The position numbers and the translations under genes were made by a program. A DNA stretch of 59,831 nucleotides, counting the filler, from Dugesia japonica (Eukaryota), in the NCBI GenBank assembly GCA_001938525.1. It is 5 parts of 5 records of this genome, joined end to end, with 100 filler letters (N's around TTAATTAATTAA, not from the genome) between each part and the next. Parts side by side here need not be neighbours in the genome. Positions count along the whole stretch, not along the records: positions 39,944 to 48,054 come from MQRL01494812.1; positions 48,155 to 59,831 come from MQRL01616135.1; 3 more parts are not named here. The stretch is one strand, 5' to 3'. Below, in pieces: positions 39,900 to 53,190 of this stretch; position 1 is the stretch's first letter; the number at the start of each line of letters is the position of its first letter. The notes beneath the pieces were generated by a model. That model was not told the origin of the DNA. It ran no database searches and saw only the letters and a list, made by a program, of their open reading frames with translations.

Positions 39900-40782
39900 N
39901 NNNNNNNNNNNNNNNNNNNNNNNNNNNNNNNNNNNNNNNNNNNAAGATTATCAATTTGACCACCAGCCCTTCAGCACTTCACATTAATAGCGTCAATGTT
40001 GAGCCATTCGACAGCTCGGTCCATCAAACAAACTGCAGACAAAGTAAGATGTTTGTGTCAACAGAAACCAGCATTTTGAAAGCTTGAACGATAGATTGAA
40101 CAGAGTATTCTGTATTCATCTCTTGGTGATATCAACCAACTGGACACCAAGTGTACGAGAACTGCAGGGATAGTCAGATGGAGCAGTGGTTGGAACAGTT
40201 CTAAGGTGCTCAGAGACCTCCAAACAGTACCATTCTCTGAGTAGGAACCGCATTCAAATTTACCCAACACAATCGTGAATCTAGAACGATTGCATAAAGA
40301 ACTGAATCAGCAAGTTTCTCGAGATCGATAGCAGGAGTCTTTATGCATGAGCTGAGGTAAGGTTTCTCCGCCTCGCCTTGATAGAACAAGGAAGATAAGC
40401 GTCGTTGTCGTATCGAATAACGCATGGAATAGACAAAACCGAGTCAACAACAATGAGATTGAATTGTCTGGAACAAGACTATGCTTACAATAATTTTGAA
40501 TTTCCAGATCGAGTAGAGCGCCACAATCGTAATTATTATTGCACGCTAATCGCTACACATCCAATATTATTCTATTATCATTCTTTCTTCGACTTTTAAC
40601 AACATAACTAACCAATCTGGAATTGTTGATAGACGCGACATTTAATAAATTTAATCGATTATTTAAATTTATTAGAATTTTATTAAAAGAATACAAATAA
40701 AGAAAAATCGGTATTAATTATTTATATAAAACGACTAATTATAATTTTTCAATAATCAAAGAAATAATAAAGAAAAACTTAC

Positions 40783-41286
40783 TCTAATGTTATCATTCGC
40801 ATTCCCGCTGTTGCCATCAAATAAAATGGAGTTTCATTATGAAGAGATTTGGGAACACTGTTCGCAGCTAAATCCAATAATGGCTTAATATACGACATGG
40901 CTTTATCTGGCTGATCTGCCAACGACGATAATCCCGGATTGACTTTTTTCACAATTGGTTTTCCGGATTCATCTAATAAAGGTTGGATTTGCAATAATTC
41001 GCCCGGATTTCCAGTATGAGGAGGCCAAGTATAAATAAACAATCTACTACCACTACTTCCTTGAAAAATTGGTTACTACTTATAACTTGAAAATATCAAC
41101 ACCTGCATCAATAATAACTCCATAATGATTCATTAATTTGGAATTATCAAATTTATCATGTGTAACTGTGTAGTTCTTGATTTGTCGAACAAAAATAGTG
41201 GAATCCATAAAAAAATATAGCATCAAAATCAAAATTAAAAATATTAAAATGATAGTAAATAATTTTTTGAACATTTTCATAGTCAT
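40783..41286 (-). CDS. ENTPD4: Ectonucleoside triphosphate diphosphohydrolase (GDA1/CD39 family, ENTPD4/7-like), exons 41286-41103 and 41059-40783
   Basis: N-terminal TM helix; a 43-bp GT-AG intron (41102-41060) joins YGVIIDAG/SSGSRLFIYTWPPHTGNP (ACR1); ETPFYLMATAGMR (ACR2); donor gtaagt at 40782. Confidence 0.92.
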
Positions 41287-41811
41287 ATATTCAAAACTAA
41301 GAAATTCAAGTTTTGGATAAAAAAAATCAATCCCGAAAAAATTGCAAGAATATATTATAAAATCTCGACAAAAACTTATTGGTTATCCTCTATTTATAAA
41401 AATGTGTTTTTAAATTTCAAATTAACGTTAAAAATAATTTTTAAAAATATTTTTTTTAAATATTGAATCATAAAAAGTGGCATATTAATTCATTTATTGT
41501 TTTAAACAAACTTTCATCCTCGTCTAATTATTATTAAATTTTCACAAAATTACTTGTCAGCATAAAATTGTGAAGCATTATAACTGTAAATCATTTTAAT
41601 TGTAATAAATAATCCTGTATTTTTGTATTTAATATTGATAATAACTTTTAATAACTCATTGTTAACTTGTTTTCTGATATATTTATAACAATGAAGAAGT
41701 ACCATTAATCTGAAATTACAATTTACGAACGAAGAAATTTTCAAAATAGGCTTTAGATTCTTTTTTTTTGAAATTTTTTTTTCAAAATATTTCACTAAAA
41801 TTAAATTATTA

Positions 41812-41926
41812 GGATAATAATTACTAAGGGTAGACAAAGATCAGCTAGTTTAGAACAGTATATATACTCATTCAAAAATTCAGAAAAAACCCGTAAATCT
41901 TTAGTCGAGAAAATAACAATATTTGC
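41812..41926 (+). CDS. Candidate exon of an unidentified gene divergent from ENTPD
   Basis: ttattag|G-IIITKGRQRSASLEQYIYSFKNSEKTRKSLVEKITIF..|gtaagc open frame; further exon-like stretches near 42137 and 43625. No homology recognised. Confidence 0.3.
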
Positions 41927-42959
41927 GTAAGCTCTGCTATTATTTGAATTTACTTTTATTATCCTTATTTGAATTATACTTTCAAAATTTTTGCTACCAG
42001 TTTTTTTTGGTACAATTAAAAACAAATTATACCAAGAAAATTGTTACTAACGATTTACAATTGTTTCAATTATTAAATCGTTATGGTTTGAAAATTTAGT
42101 CATTCTTTTGAAGCCATCACTAGTTCTAATTGATAGGGTTGTTGAGGCCTTATTATAAATTACCGTTCAGCAATAGTCTTCTTTCCATTGTCTTATCGTC
42201 ATTTAAACTCAATTCTACATCTATTAGTAAAGTGAATTATATCTGTAAAATTCAGTTAATAACTTACTTGTTATAATTGTTACAAAATGTTGCGCAAAAA
42301 AACAATTAAAACATCTTATTATACGTGCTGTGAAGCATTTAGTCCCACATTTCAAAAACTTTGAGTACGATAGAGTAGTACGGGTCATCTTTAATCAAAA
42401 TTCGTATAAAGCGTTTTGTACGCTGCAACAAAATTCATTAAGCCCCCACTTTATTGCAATTTTTATTAACTATTTTTAAATTTATTATAAATAAATTTTA
42501 TACGTATAAACACTGTTTATATGTAATTATTTATTATTATTATTATATTTATCATTTATATCAAAATCATCTAGGCGCGTTTTTAGGGACATTAATTGGA
42601 GTGAGAATTTTATTTAATTATTGTTAGATCTTACCCACGAGACCTAACAGTTTTACTGAATAGCAGCCCAAAGAAAAGCAAAACCTAAATTCAATTGAAA
42701 CGTACAAATTAGACTCTGATTAAATTCTATAAATTTATGCTGTTCATTATAAATGATATTTTATGAAATATTATTGTTTTATTATAAAATTTAATTCATG
42801 GTATAGTTGGTTTAATAAAACTTATTAAATAATTCCAATAAAATCGTGTGTATTTTTTATTTAAACATAGTCGATAGACTTGATAAGAACCAATTATATT
42901 AAAATAGCTACAAATGTATGTAAAATAACAATTCAATATGAGTCGTGTTTCTTTGGAAA

Positions 42960-43185
42960 CTCTTAACGACGTAATTCGAGACATTGGGGCATATAAATCT
43001 ATTCAGCAACATAAAGCTAAGCTTACATTCTCAATACATCTAATTAGAGCTTATAAACGATAGTGAAATCATGTAGAAGCAGTTATTGAAGCTGATGGTG
43101 GCTTTTTTGAATAAAACTATTAAGCAGGTAATAAATTTTCAATAAACTCCCATAAATGTTCTCAAATACTTTGAGCACCCTAAAG
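42960..43185 (+). mobile_element. Tc1-like transposon 3' end
   Basis: VEAVIEADGGFFE* followed by the TIR-like end atactttgagcacccta. Confidence 0.65.
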
Positions 43186-45027
43186 TATGAAAATTTTTCC
43201 ATAATAACTTCGCAAGTGCAGCTTTCATAACGTACCGATTCCATATTTCACTTAAATTTGATGTTTGAAATGTACATTTGTAGGTTCAACAAAAACTAAG
43301 TGTTAAAGTAGTAATTTAAATTATACTAATACAAAAAATTTTACAAAATTGCAAATTATTTGTGGTTTCGTTATAAATCTTAACAAAATTGAATAAAGCA
43401 ATAATTTAAAAACTTTAAATAAAATATTGTGAACTTATATATGTTATAAAATTCATAAGATTTTCTATGAATCTACAATTTTAAAAAATTAAATATATTT
43501 AAAGTTTATTATGATATAATCGTATTAAAAAAATATTCAATTACAATAAAGCTGTACAGTTAAATTAAATTTCATTTTTACAATAATCTTTTTTGAGTTA
43601 GTTGTTTAAGTTAATTTGTTTCAGCTCACAATTGAAAAAAACATGAGAATACTTGATGATTTATTAAAATCTTTTCGCAATATAATTCAAAATTATTTTG
43701 TTCCAATAGTTCCGTTATTAATATTGATTTCTCCAATAGATCTAGTTAAAACTGCTTAGGTTGATTTTATTTATGATTAAGATTAATAGGTATTATGGAA
43801 GAATCTGCAACATTTATTAAATTTCATATTTCTCAATGTGTTGGTAGCATTATAATATTAATACCAGTAAAATCGAAATGGGAATTAATTATGAATGAGG
43901 TAATAATAATTGGTAATTAACATGTTATGAAAAACTTTAATGGCATATAAGTAACTTTTAAAATGGAATTACTAATACATATTTTAATATAATTATGATT
44001 ATTGTTTCATTGATATTTTTAACTTCATTAGTTATAAAAGCAAAATAAATAACTAGTGAATGAAGTTTTAATTGGCATGATATGCAAATTATATTATTGA
44101 GATAATGTTGTGAAATTTGTTTGATTCCTTAGTATCACCCAGTCGTGTGAATTTTATTAATCCCTTTGTCAGATTATTATTTGCCGTAAACACATTTGCC
44201 GATCATTTAAAGTTACACATGTAAATTTAAGATTTTAGTTATTATATCAGTTAGTGAAATTAATTTAATAAGCACTTAATTTGTTTTTCGATCTAGATAT
44301 AATTTAACTTATTATTTCTTAATTAGAAATGATATTTAAATGCTTAATTTTCCATTAATTACCAAGCTGAAAGTAATTAAAAAAAAAATTAAATTATAAA
44401 AAATTAAAATTTTGTTTAAACGAATTTAAACATTTAACTTATAAATTTTTTTTTAAATAACGTTTAATGGTGGTTTTAATGCTATTTGGACAAAATTTAG
44501 TTAATGAAATTAAATTTTTTATCAGAATGTTATGACGATTTCAAAACAAAATTATTGTCGTTTCTTTTTATTTTATACGGATGAAGAAAAGAATTTGAAA
44601 GAAATCCTGCTGACAAAGTTTGTTTTTCTATATATAAGTAATTTAAATTCAATAATGATTACTGTTAAAATATTATAATAATGAATTATTTAAACAGATA
44701 AGAACATTGGTGCTTGTTGATTTTAAAATAATTTATATTTATAATAATATATATTTCTAATAATATAATTATACCTAAAAAATTCTAATACTTTTAAAGA
44801 TAATAAAGTTAGCTGTACAAAAATATTTTACTCCAAATAGTTTCACTTAATACTTATAACAGAATTCTTTCCTAATGAAATTCGATTCAGTCTGTTACTC
44901 ATTACTTAATGATAAAATTATATCAATTACTTCACTAATAAATAAATAAAAGAATTATCAATAGAGCTATATGATTGATATATTAGTTATTAATTTCCAT
45001 ATGATCAACATACTCATTAATCTTTAA

Positions 45028-46329
45028 CAGGGTGTTCCAAATGAAAGTTACATTTTAAATTTAATTCCAATTATTTCTGTTTTGTTATATTAAATCAATA
45101 ATTGTTGAATAACCAATAGAAATTCATGCGGTTTTTAAAAATGAATCGTTATACCACTGAACAAAGAGTATTTATTATAAAAAATTATTTTAAATACGGC
45201 GAAAGTTATGCTGTAGTTCGCAGAAAATTTAAGTCTGAATATGGAAGAGAAAGTTGTCCGTCACATGTGACAATTCAATAAGTTATCAAACTATTTATAA
45301 AAGTGGCTCGATAAAAGATGAACGACGCCAAGAATATCATAAAAGTGGTCGCTCGGAAACAAATAGTGCAGCTGTAGTGTGAGTGAGAAACTAAAAGCGT
45401 CAATCCGTCGTCGTTCACAACAACTATCCATTCCAAGAACGACGTTATTCAGAATTTTGCATGAGGATCTTCATTTTAAGGCATTCAAGATTCAAATTAA
45501 AGACTCAAGAAATAAAGCCGACAGACTTTGAAATACGCCGTAAATTCAGTAAATGGGCCATTGAAAATATGCATGAAACTGAAACATTTTTCCAAAAAGT
45601 GATCTGTAGCGAGGCATATTTTGAACTAGGAGGATTTGTGGACACACAAACAGAATTGTAGAATTTGGGGCAATGAAAACTCACATGAAATACTACAAAA
45701 ACAATTCAATTCACCAAAGGTAAATGTTTGGTGTGGTTTCTGGGCGGGTGGTGTTATCGGTCATTATTTTTTTGATAATGAAGCTGGGAATTCTGTAACA
45801 GTTACCGGAGCTCGATATATCGAAATATGACTGGAAAATTTTTGTTTCATAAATCGAAAGGTATGGATACCCAGAACATGTGGTTTCAGCAGGTTGGTGC
45901 CACATCTCATACGGCAAAAGAAACAATTACCCTTTTAAGAGAACGATTTGGTGAAAGATTAATTTCTCGAAATGCAAACATCGATTAGCCGCCCAGATCC
46001 TGCAATATAACGCCTCTAGATTTTAGCTTTTAGGGTTATTTAAAAGAAAAGGTGTAAATGAGCGATCCTCAAACAATTGTTGATCTTAGAGAGAACGTCA
46101 TCTATGAAATTGGTGAAATTAAACCCCAGTTGTCCCAAAATGTCAGAAACCTTTTGTAAAAGAATGGGTGCTTCGTTTGCAGCAGCAGGAGGTCACTAGC
46201 ATGTCATTATTTTTCATTGTTAAACCGAAATATCTGTACTATCATTGTAAATTAATATATTGCTACATTTCATACTTTTAGCTTCTTTTATTGAAAATTT
46301 AAAACGTAACCTTAAATTGGAACACTCTG
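45028..46329 (+). mobile_element. Full-length degenerate rosa/DD41D (Crmar2-like) transposon
   Basis: 35-bp imperfect TIRs cag(g/a)gtgttccaa...ttttaaattt; MNRYTTEQRVFIIKNYF, EAYFELGGFV..QNCRIWG, WFQQ.GATSH, PPRSC.ITPLDF. Confidence 0.93.
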
Positions 46330-46479
46330 TGTATTCATTTATTACTAAAAGAAAAATAAAGGTCAATTCATTATTAACCATAACATTAAATGATATTCAA
46401 TTGTAAGTGATTAACCCAAATCAAATCAAATAGAAGAACCAATAATCATAAAATAACGTAAATAAAAGATTAATAATAT

Positions 46480-48054
46480 AATTGTTACTTTCTTTCATGT
46501 TACAACAATTTATACAATTTTATACAATTGATATTTAAACATCTCTCATTCTTATTTATAATTTTCATTTATTCTCTTCTAGTTCGTATTTCATTTCATC
46601 ATTTCGTCAAATCTATTTCATCCATGTTAACCAACTATCTCTATTTTTACTTCACTTATCATCGAACATATTATGTCTTGCCTTTGCAAATTTCTTAATT
46701 TTTGTCATTCCACTTTATCAATAGGCATTTTCATCTTGGTCATCGAAATTTTCCACAATACTGGTTCTCAATTTTATTTTATTTCATCAATAATTCTTCT
46801 CTGTAATCGACATCATACTTGCTTTAATTATTTGTTACCTCTCCCATTTCATTATTCAAATTTGTCCTTCAACAGATTACGAATCCATTTCATAATATTT
46901 TATTGGTTTGTTTTTCTCTGAAACTGCATCTTGGTTTGTGATGGTGGATGATCATAATTAATAAAAGAATTACTTCGTAGATAATTGATCACGCCTGGTT
47001 GTAAATTTCTTTGAATAGCTTCTCCACAAAATCACTTGAAATCGAATTATCGTAAAGTAACTTTGAGTTTTACTGTTCAAAGTAGTGAAATGAAAATTTT
47101 CTTAATTATAATTTCTGGTTTTCAGCATTTTCTTTTATACAGTTTTGATTTCAGATGGTCCTCGTACCTTCCGTTAAGAGTAAGGTCAACCTCCATAAAC
47201 TGAAAACCTACCCAGGGGCGGGAGGGTAAATTCTTGAAAGGGTTCCCCCGAGGGTTGTTTTTTCCCCAGCCATCGTGTGGCGACACTTAACTCAGGTGGA
47301 ACCCCAACATTTGTGCTGTTACACAAAATGAAAACAAGGATCAAACAAACACATTTAAACCAAAGACTGCCTCTGCAAACATAAAAGAAAAGGTTTTGAC
47401 CACACTGTGACATACATATCTCCAGAATCTAATTTTTCAAACAAAATAACTAAATACAATTCCAATATATACAATCATTTATTCATTAGTTCCAGCCAGC
47501 GATTCAACTTTTAAAATAATTGGATCTTGATAACTTTCCGACCCGGCGACACCCTCGCGTGCCAGCAACAGGACCTGATCCTCGAGTTGGTCTAACTGCA
47601 TCCGACTCGTCACTTGTTGCGTTGCCAATTAGACAACACTCCGCTTGATGATCTCTATTCCTCATCGGAGCCTCTCATTGCCCTGCTGGCATAATTGTAG
47701 CTTATTCTGGGTAGCGATCAACTGTTGCTTTGCACTCCGAAACTTCACCACCAACTGTCCACCTTTATTAAGCAATTCAGTTTTCTCTTTCTCATATTCG
47801 GTGCGTTGCTCATTTAGTAGCTCCACTGTGTTCCTCCACGGGACACAGAAGGTTCCCTCGTCTCCGTCATTTGTCAGGAATTTGTCTGAAAATTCTGGAA
47901 TTGTGGCGCTTGCGCCAATGAGACACCTGTATTTTAAAACAAAAATACCCCCAAATAAGAATTGTTGAGATGCTTTGGGAATTGTTGCCAAAGCAAATCA
48001 GCAATTGCGTGAGTTTATTTGTTTTATTAACGTAAATTAAACAATCCGAATGAA
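46480..48054 (-). mobile_element. Probable LTR-retroelement fragment with a decayed coiled-coil ORF
   Basis: TGTTGGGGTTCCA terminus at 47310; GC-richer; heptad-rich ORF 47991-47662 continuing past stops. No pol motifs. Confidence 0.35.
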
Positions 48055-48098
48055 NNNNNNNNNNNNNNNNNNNNNNNNNNNNNNNNNNNNNNNNNNNN

Positions 48099-48110
48099 TT
48101 AATTAATTAA
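48099..48110. other. Artificial contig linker
   Basis: TTAATTAATTAA in N-run. Confidence 0.95.
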
Positions 48111-48154
48111 NNNNNNNNNNNNNNNNNNNNNNNNNNNNNNNNNNNNNNNNNNNN

Positions 48155-48630
48155 AAAAAAAGTATTTCCCGCATGGTATAGTCGGAGGAGATGAAAAGTA
48201 AATTAATTTTGGTAATTCTAAGCGTAAAAGATCGTGAGTTTATCCGGGCCAGTTGACATCATTCAACCGTATAGTGCAATTTTCATAGGAAGTGTTATCG
48301 TATGTGGGATGGGATCAAAAAGATATTCTGTTTTATGAGTTACTGAAACTAGGAGAAACAGTTGCTGGCAATCGTTATGAACATCTAATAATGAAATTAT
48401 ATCATGAACTCGCAGGAAAAGAACCAGAATGGGCTGCCAAGCAACAGAAAGTGATCTTGCTGCATGACAACGCCCAGGTTCATGTTGTAAAACCTATCAA
48501 AGACAAGTTGAAAGAGCTGAAATGGGAAGTCTTACACCACCCGCCGTACACAGCAGACATTGCTCCGTCGGATTACCACTTTTTACGATCGATGGCACAA
48601 CATCTTTAGAGCAGAAGTTCAAAAATTATT
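48155..48630 (+). mobile_element. Mariner transposase catalytic fragment
   Basis: VGGDEK, VILLHDNAQVH, WEVLHHPPYTADIAPSDYHF. Confidence 0.92.
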
Positions 48631-51019
48631 ATTTTGTCACTGATTTTTGAAATAGCGGATTCATACTTATATTAAATCACATTCACTACTAAATAAGTTA
48701 ATTCCTTCGCCAAAATTATTATATTGAACTATTTTTAAGTTTTCAATTTCTCATATTCGCTTCTTGAATTTTTGTTATTCAAATATTGATTTTCACATTT
48801 CTTGAAGTCAAAATATTGCAAAACTTCAGTAATCATTATGATATTACTTAATAAATCTGTGAAATAGATAATTTTAATTTAAATGTACTTTAAATGTTTT
48901 CAGAATAAAATAATTTTCAGTATAAATACTTACAAGATTAAATTTACTACATTAAGCATAAAATTCAAAATACTTCTTTTTAGGCCTTTATTTAATAACA
49001 AAATTAGTCAAAACAAAAATTAACGAAGAAACTAATTTATTTAAAATACACTTTATTCTAGTTATTTTAATTAGAATATGTCTTATTGGTCTCTAATTTC
49101 CCATTCTGCATATAATGGCTCTAAACATTTCATTAATAAATGAAAATTTATTTACTAACATACAAATTTTTCACCAAAAAGTTCGCAATCTGTTTCAACA
49201 TAATTTATAAATTTTGGATGACCAGAAAGTATAAAACACCCTAATGGGAATGATAAATAAATAGCCATTTTAAAAATTTCTAATTTCCAACTGGCCACTA
49301 AAAGCAATTCAAATAATAAATTAAAATAATTCAATGATAATAACTTTAATGTAAACTTTATGTTTTGTATTTGAGGATTATATTCTTGAAATGATTGTTA
49401 TAAAAATATTAATGCAATTATATTAACTAGTAATAGTGAGATTTAATTAAAGTGAATAATTTGTTAATAATAATTTGTAACCTTCAAAAAATTGTTTACT
49501 AAAATAAATTTAAACAAAAACATTTCAAAATAATGACTATTGAAGCTTGTGAAATTTAATGATTTCTAATATAAATATTATTAATAACGATGTATAATTG
49601 TAATGTTCATTTTTTCGAAAAAGTTGTTTATGTTTCTAAATTTACTCGAAAGTTGAATCGAGTCTAAGATTTAATAAAGTTGTGTATTTTAAGAAGTCCC
49701 TATCAGAATAATTTAATTCAATGTCCTGTGGTTTATGATAGGGCCGATGACTCCCAACCATATCATAATGAATACACATCTTGTAATTGAGAATTTAATG
49801 GAGAGTGAGTATTTGCACGGTGCCCCAATTTCTTAATTACTTCTATTGATGTTGGGCTGAAAATTAGCGTTGGGTACAATAAAACATGGCTAATGATTAA
49901 CGGCAATGTAGAGAAAGTTTAACAGAAACAATGCATGTATTTAATGAAAATAGATAATAGAAAAAATTAAAATCAACCGGGTGGACTTTCACTATGACTA
50001 GATGTTGTGGGACTCGCTCGGAATCGAAGGAACCTAAGTGAATCCCTGGTGGATCACTCAGGATCAATTGAAAGCAAAGAGCAATGAAATTAGAGGGATG
50101 CAAGCAGAGATAGATCGATAAAAAAAGACAGTGGGTGAAACAACTTCAACAGATTGATGCGTTACAAACTTGTATTGATCAACACCGACTGCGAGAAATC
50201 ACCAAGTGGCAGGAGGAGTGGGAGAAAGATCTCGTCAAGTTATTCATACGAACGACAGAATTAGCCAAACAGCAGCAGCACGTTATTTTATCGATATGAT
50301 CAACGCAGTTGGAAGCCCAAGAGTATTCGAAGCAATCGGAGAAATTGTCAGACAAGGTAGAGACAGTTCTACAACAAATGCTTGCACGATTGGATGAGAC
50401 AGATATTGTTAAAGAGACAGTTATGTAATCAAATCTTTCTTGAACTGCAATATGGTTTTATACTTGTGATTTTCTTTATTTTAATTAGTTGATATAAATA
50501 ATAAAATTAACAAACATTATTAATGTCAATTTTCATGGATTACAAAGAAGTTCAAATTTATTATGAAAGATAACTCCTTAATAATTTAACATAAATTTAA
50601 TATCTGATTTTAGATATTGGCAAACTTAAAGGTTTCTTATTATAAACTTATCAGGAAGCACATTGAAAATTGTGTTAATAATATCGACATGATCATAAAA
50701 TAATAAGATATCTCTAATTAATTGCAGTGTCTTACGCAAGGGAGATGACAGCGGATACTGTGATAGTGGATATCAGAAGAAAGTGGAGCTCCACGCATAA
50801 GAAGATGCGGAATGAAATTGCAGACTTTCAAAGAAAACTTACGCTTCTCAGAGAGAAAAAGAATTGTCTGAAATAAAAAAGAGATCTTGATCTCTCCCAA
50901 AAAAACTGATATCAAAAAAATGTATAAAGATAGAGAAGGTGTACTAATCGCAACTCTCCGGACATTAACGCAGGCATCGAAATCCGAGAAAGAAGCCGTG
51001 AAAGAAAAATCAAGGAAGT

Positions 51020-52385
51020 CATTGATTTAGATGAATAATAAATATTGCATAAAATAAAATTTTGTACAGCATATGTTTCGAATTTTTGATTATAACTATG
51101 AGCTAATAACAATTAATAACATTCATGAGCCAGGAGCCAATTAAAATCAAATTTGAAATTACAAGACGGGATACAGTATAGTCCCGCTGAATCCGGGAAT
51201 GTGCGATTAAGGTGTAGGAGAAGGCATCACACACATTTCTGAAATTACTAGCTAAACTGGGCCACAATCTTGATTTATATTTAGATTGTAAAACTCGTTG
51301 GAGTTCTATTGTTAATATGATAACTATATTTGTTAAACTACGAAAATTCATCGAAGAAGCTTTAGTGGATCTCAACTTTTCTCACATGCTTGATTATATC
51401 GGATTTAATTAGCTCAAATATCTCCAGAATTTTCTTGAACCTGTCAAATTAGCAATTAAGGTTTTAAGCCGAAACAATACGACTCTGCATTCAGCTGATA
51501 TTACATTGGAGTATATGAAAAGCAAAATTTCGAACCGTAAAAGTAAAATAGCGTTGGAATTATTAGATAATATGGAGAAGAAAATTAATCAGCGAGTCAA
51601 TTTAAATTTAATAATTTTTTTCAAAGCGCTTAAAGATCCAAAATGTTTACCTTCTAAACAGGTTTTAGACTTACCCACACAATTATTAAAAAGACTTTAC
51701 CAAGTATATGATAATAATGAATCAATGACAACTTCGCCAGACCAGTTTAAAATCAAAACGCTTAAACTTTGACAATGAAGGAAGAGCTGGAAATAATTTT
51801 GAAAAACGCAGCTGAGCCTCAACCTCCAAAAGAGTCTGCAATTTGTAACAAACTAAAACAAGAACATTTGCTTTTCAGAAATAATGGAAAACAAACTAGT
51901 AATCTTGATGATCTTTTCAGGGTACTTTTGTCTATAAAACCAACTTCAACTTCTAATGAAAGAACGCTTTCAATTAGTGACAACTTCTGCACTAAAATCA
52001 GATCAAGACTTGCTGACAAATCTCTAAATTCATTGTTTTTTTGAAATATTTGTACCTTCAACCAAAAAATAAAGAAAGTAATTAAAAAAATTTATTAAAT
52101 GATTACCTAAATTACGTTAATGTTCAAATAGTTATATTATGTAACTAGTTTGAAAGCTTTTAAGTATCGAAAATAAATGAATTAATTAATAAATTTGAGT
52201 ACAATTTCTTTTTAAATTTTTTGCACGACCATTACATCACAAATTTCAGTTGAATTGAAAATCATATAATATTATTTCATCAGATTCTTGTAATATTTTT
52301 TGTTAAAGACAACGTCTCGACGAGTTTTTGAAATTTTGAACTCGGACTCGTCGAGTCTTAAAAATCCGAGTTTTCAGAAATCCTA
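51020..52385 (+). mobile_element. hAT transposon, degenerate, with right terminus
   Basis: LYLDCKTRWSSI, FLEPVKLAIKVLSR, KPTSTSNERTLSIS...KIRSRLAD; subterminal (ct)cgag/ctcgg repeats; end cagaaatccta. Confidence 0.9.
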
Positions 52386-52559
52386 GTAAAAAGCGGCAAC
52401 ATCTACCAGGAGAAGAGTAATTAAAATAACATCAGATGCTTAGTAACCCAACAGAAATATAAACCAAAAATTAACAAAATGTAAAAATAATGAAAAGAAA
52501 AATAAGTTTAAAAAAAAATTAAATAATAAACAGTTAAATAAGAAAAATAAATATATTTT

Positions 52560-53190
52560 TTAAGCAATCAGCATATCTGTTGCAAATAAAATAGAACTTC
52601 GTGGTTTTCTTTTAAATTCATCATATAAGCTGACTAAATTTGCAATTCGATAGTTGTTTATCAGATATGTTTTCATAATTGGATGCCTGATTTTTATGTG
52701 CCCTCTATAGAATTGTATGATCAATCGCTTGTTTCATCTCTTTTAATAAATTTATTAAATTTCTAAATATTTGCATGTTTATATTGAACAGCACCTTGGA
52801 AACCAGAATGCATCCTTCAACAACATTATTGGTTCTTCTATCACCAGAAAAGGTTAAGTTATAGCTTTTCCATTTTTAACAGCTGTATTTAGGTTAAATT
52901 TAAATCCATGTTTCATTGTTTTTAAAATACCCATGTAACTAGGTGGTTACTTGCGGAAACGATCGGAAGTGGCGCAATCACCGTTCACGCCTCTTTATGT
53001 AAACAACAATAGTTTTGAATTTTCACACCTTTAAATAAACAACCATAGGTGTGAATTTCAACACCTTTAAGTAAACAATTGATTTTTTTGTTGTTTTTTT
53101 TTCATTTAAATAATGATCTTTCTCAATTTAATTATTTTTGTTTTCACACCTTAATGTAAATAATGAACTTTCACACCTATTCTGTTCTGA
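52560..53190 (-). mobile_element. MULE/Mutator transposon fragment
   Basis: KWKSYNLTFSGDRRTNNVVEG(W)HSGFQ...HANI*KF (RTNN-x-EGWH motif, one frameshift); repeated ttcacacct/gtaaac(a) motifs at 52995-53180. Confidence 0.8.
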
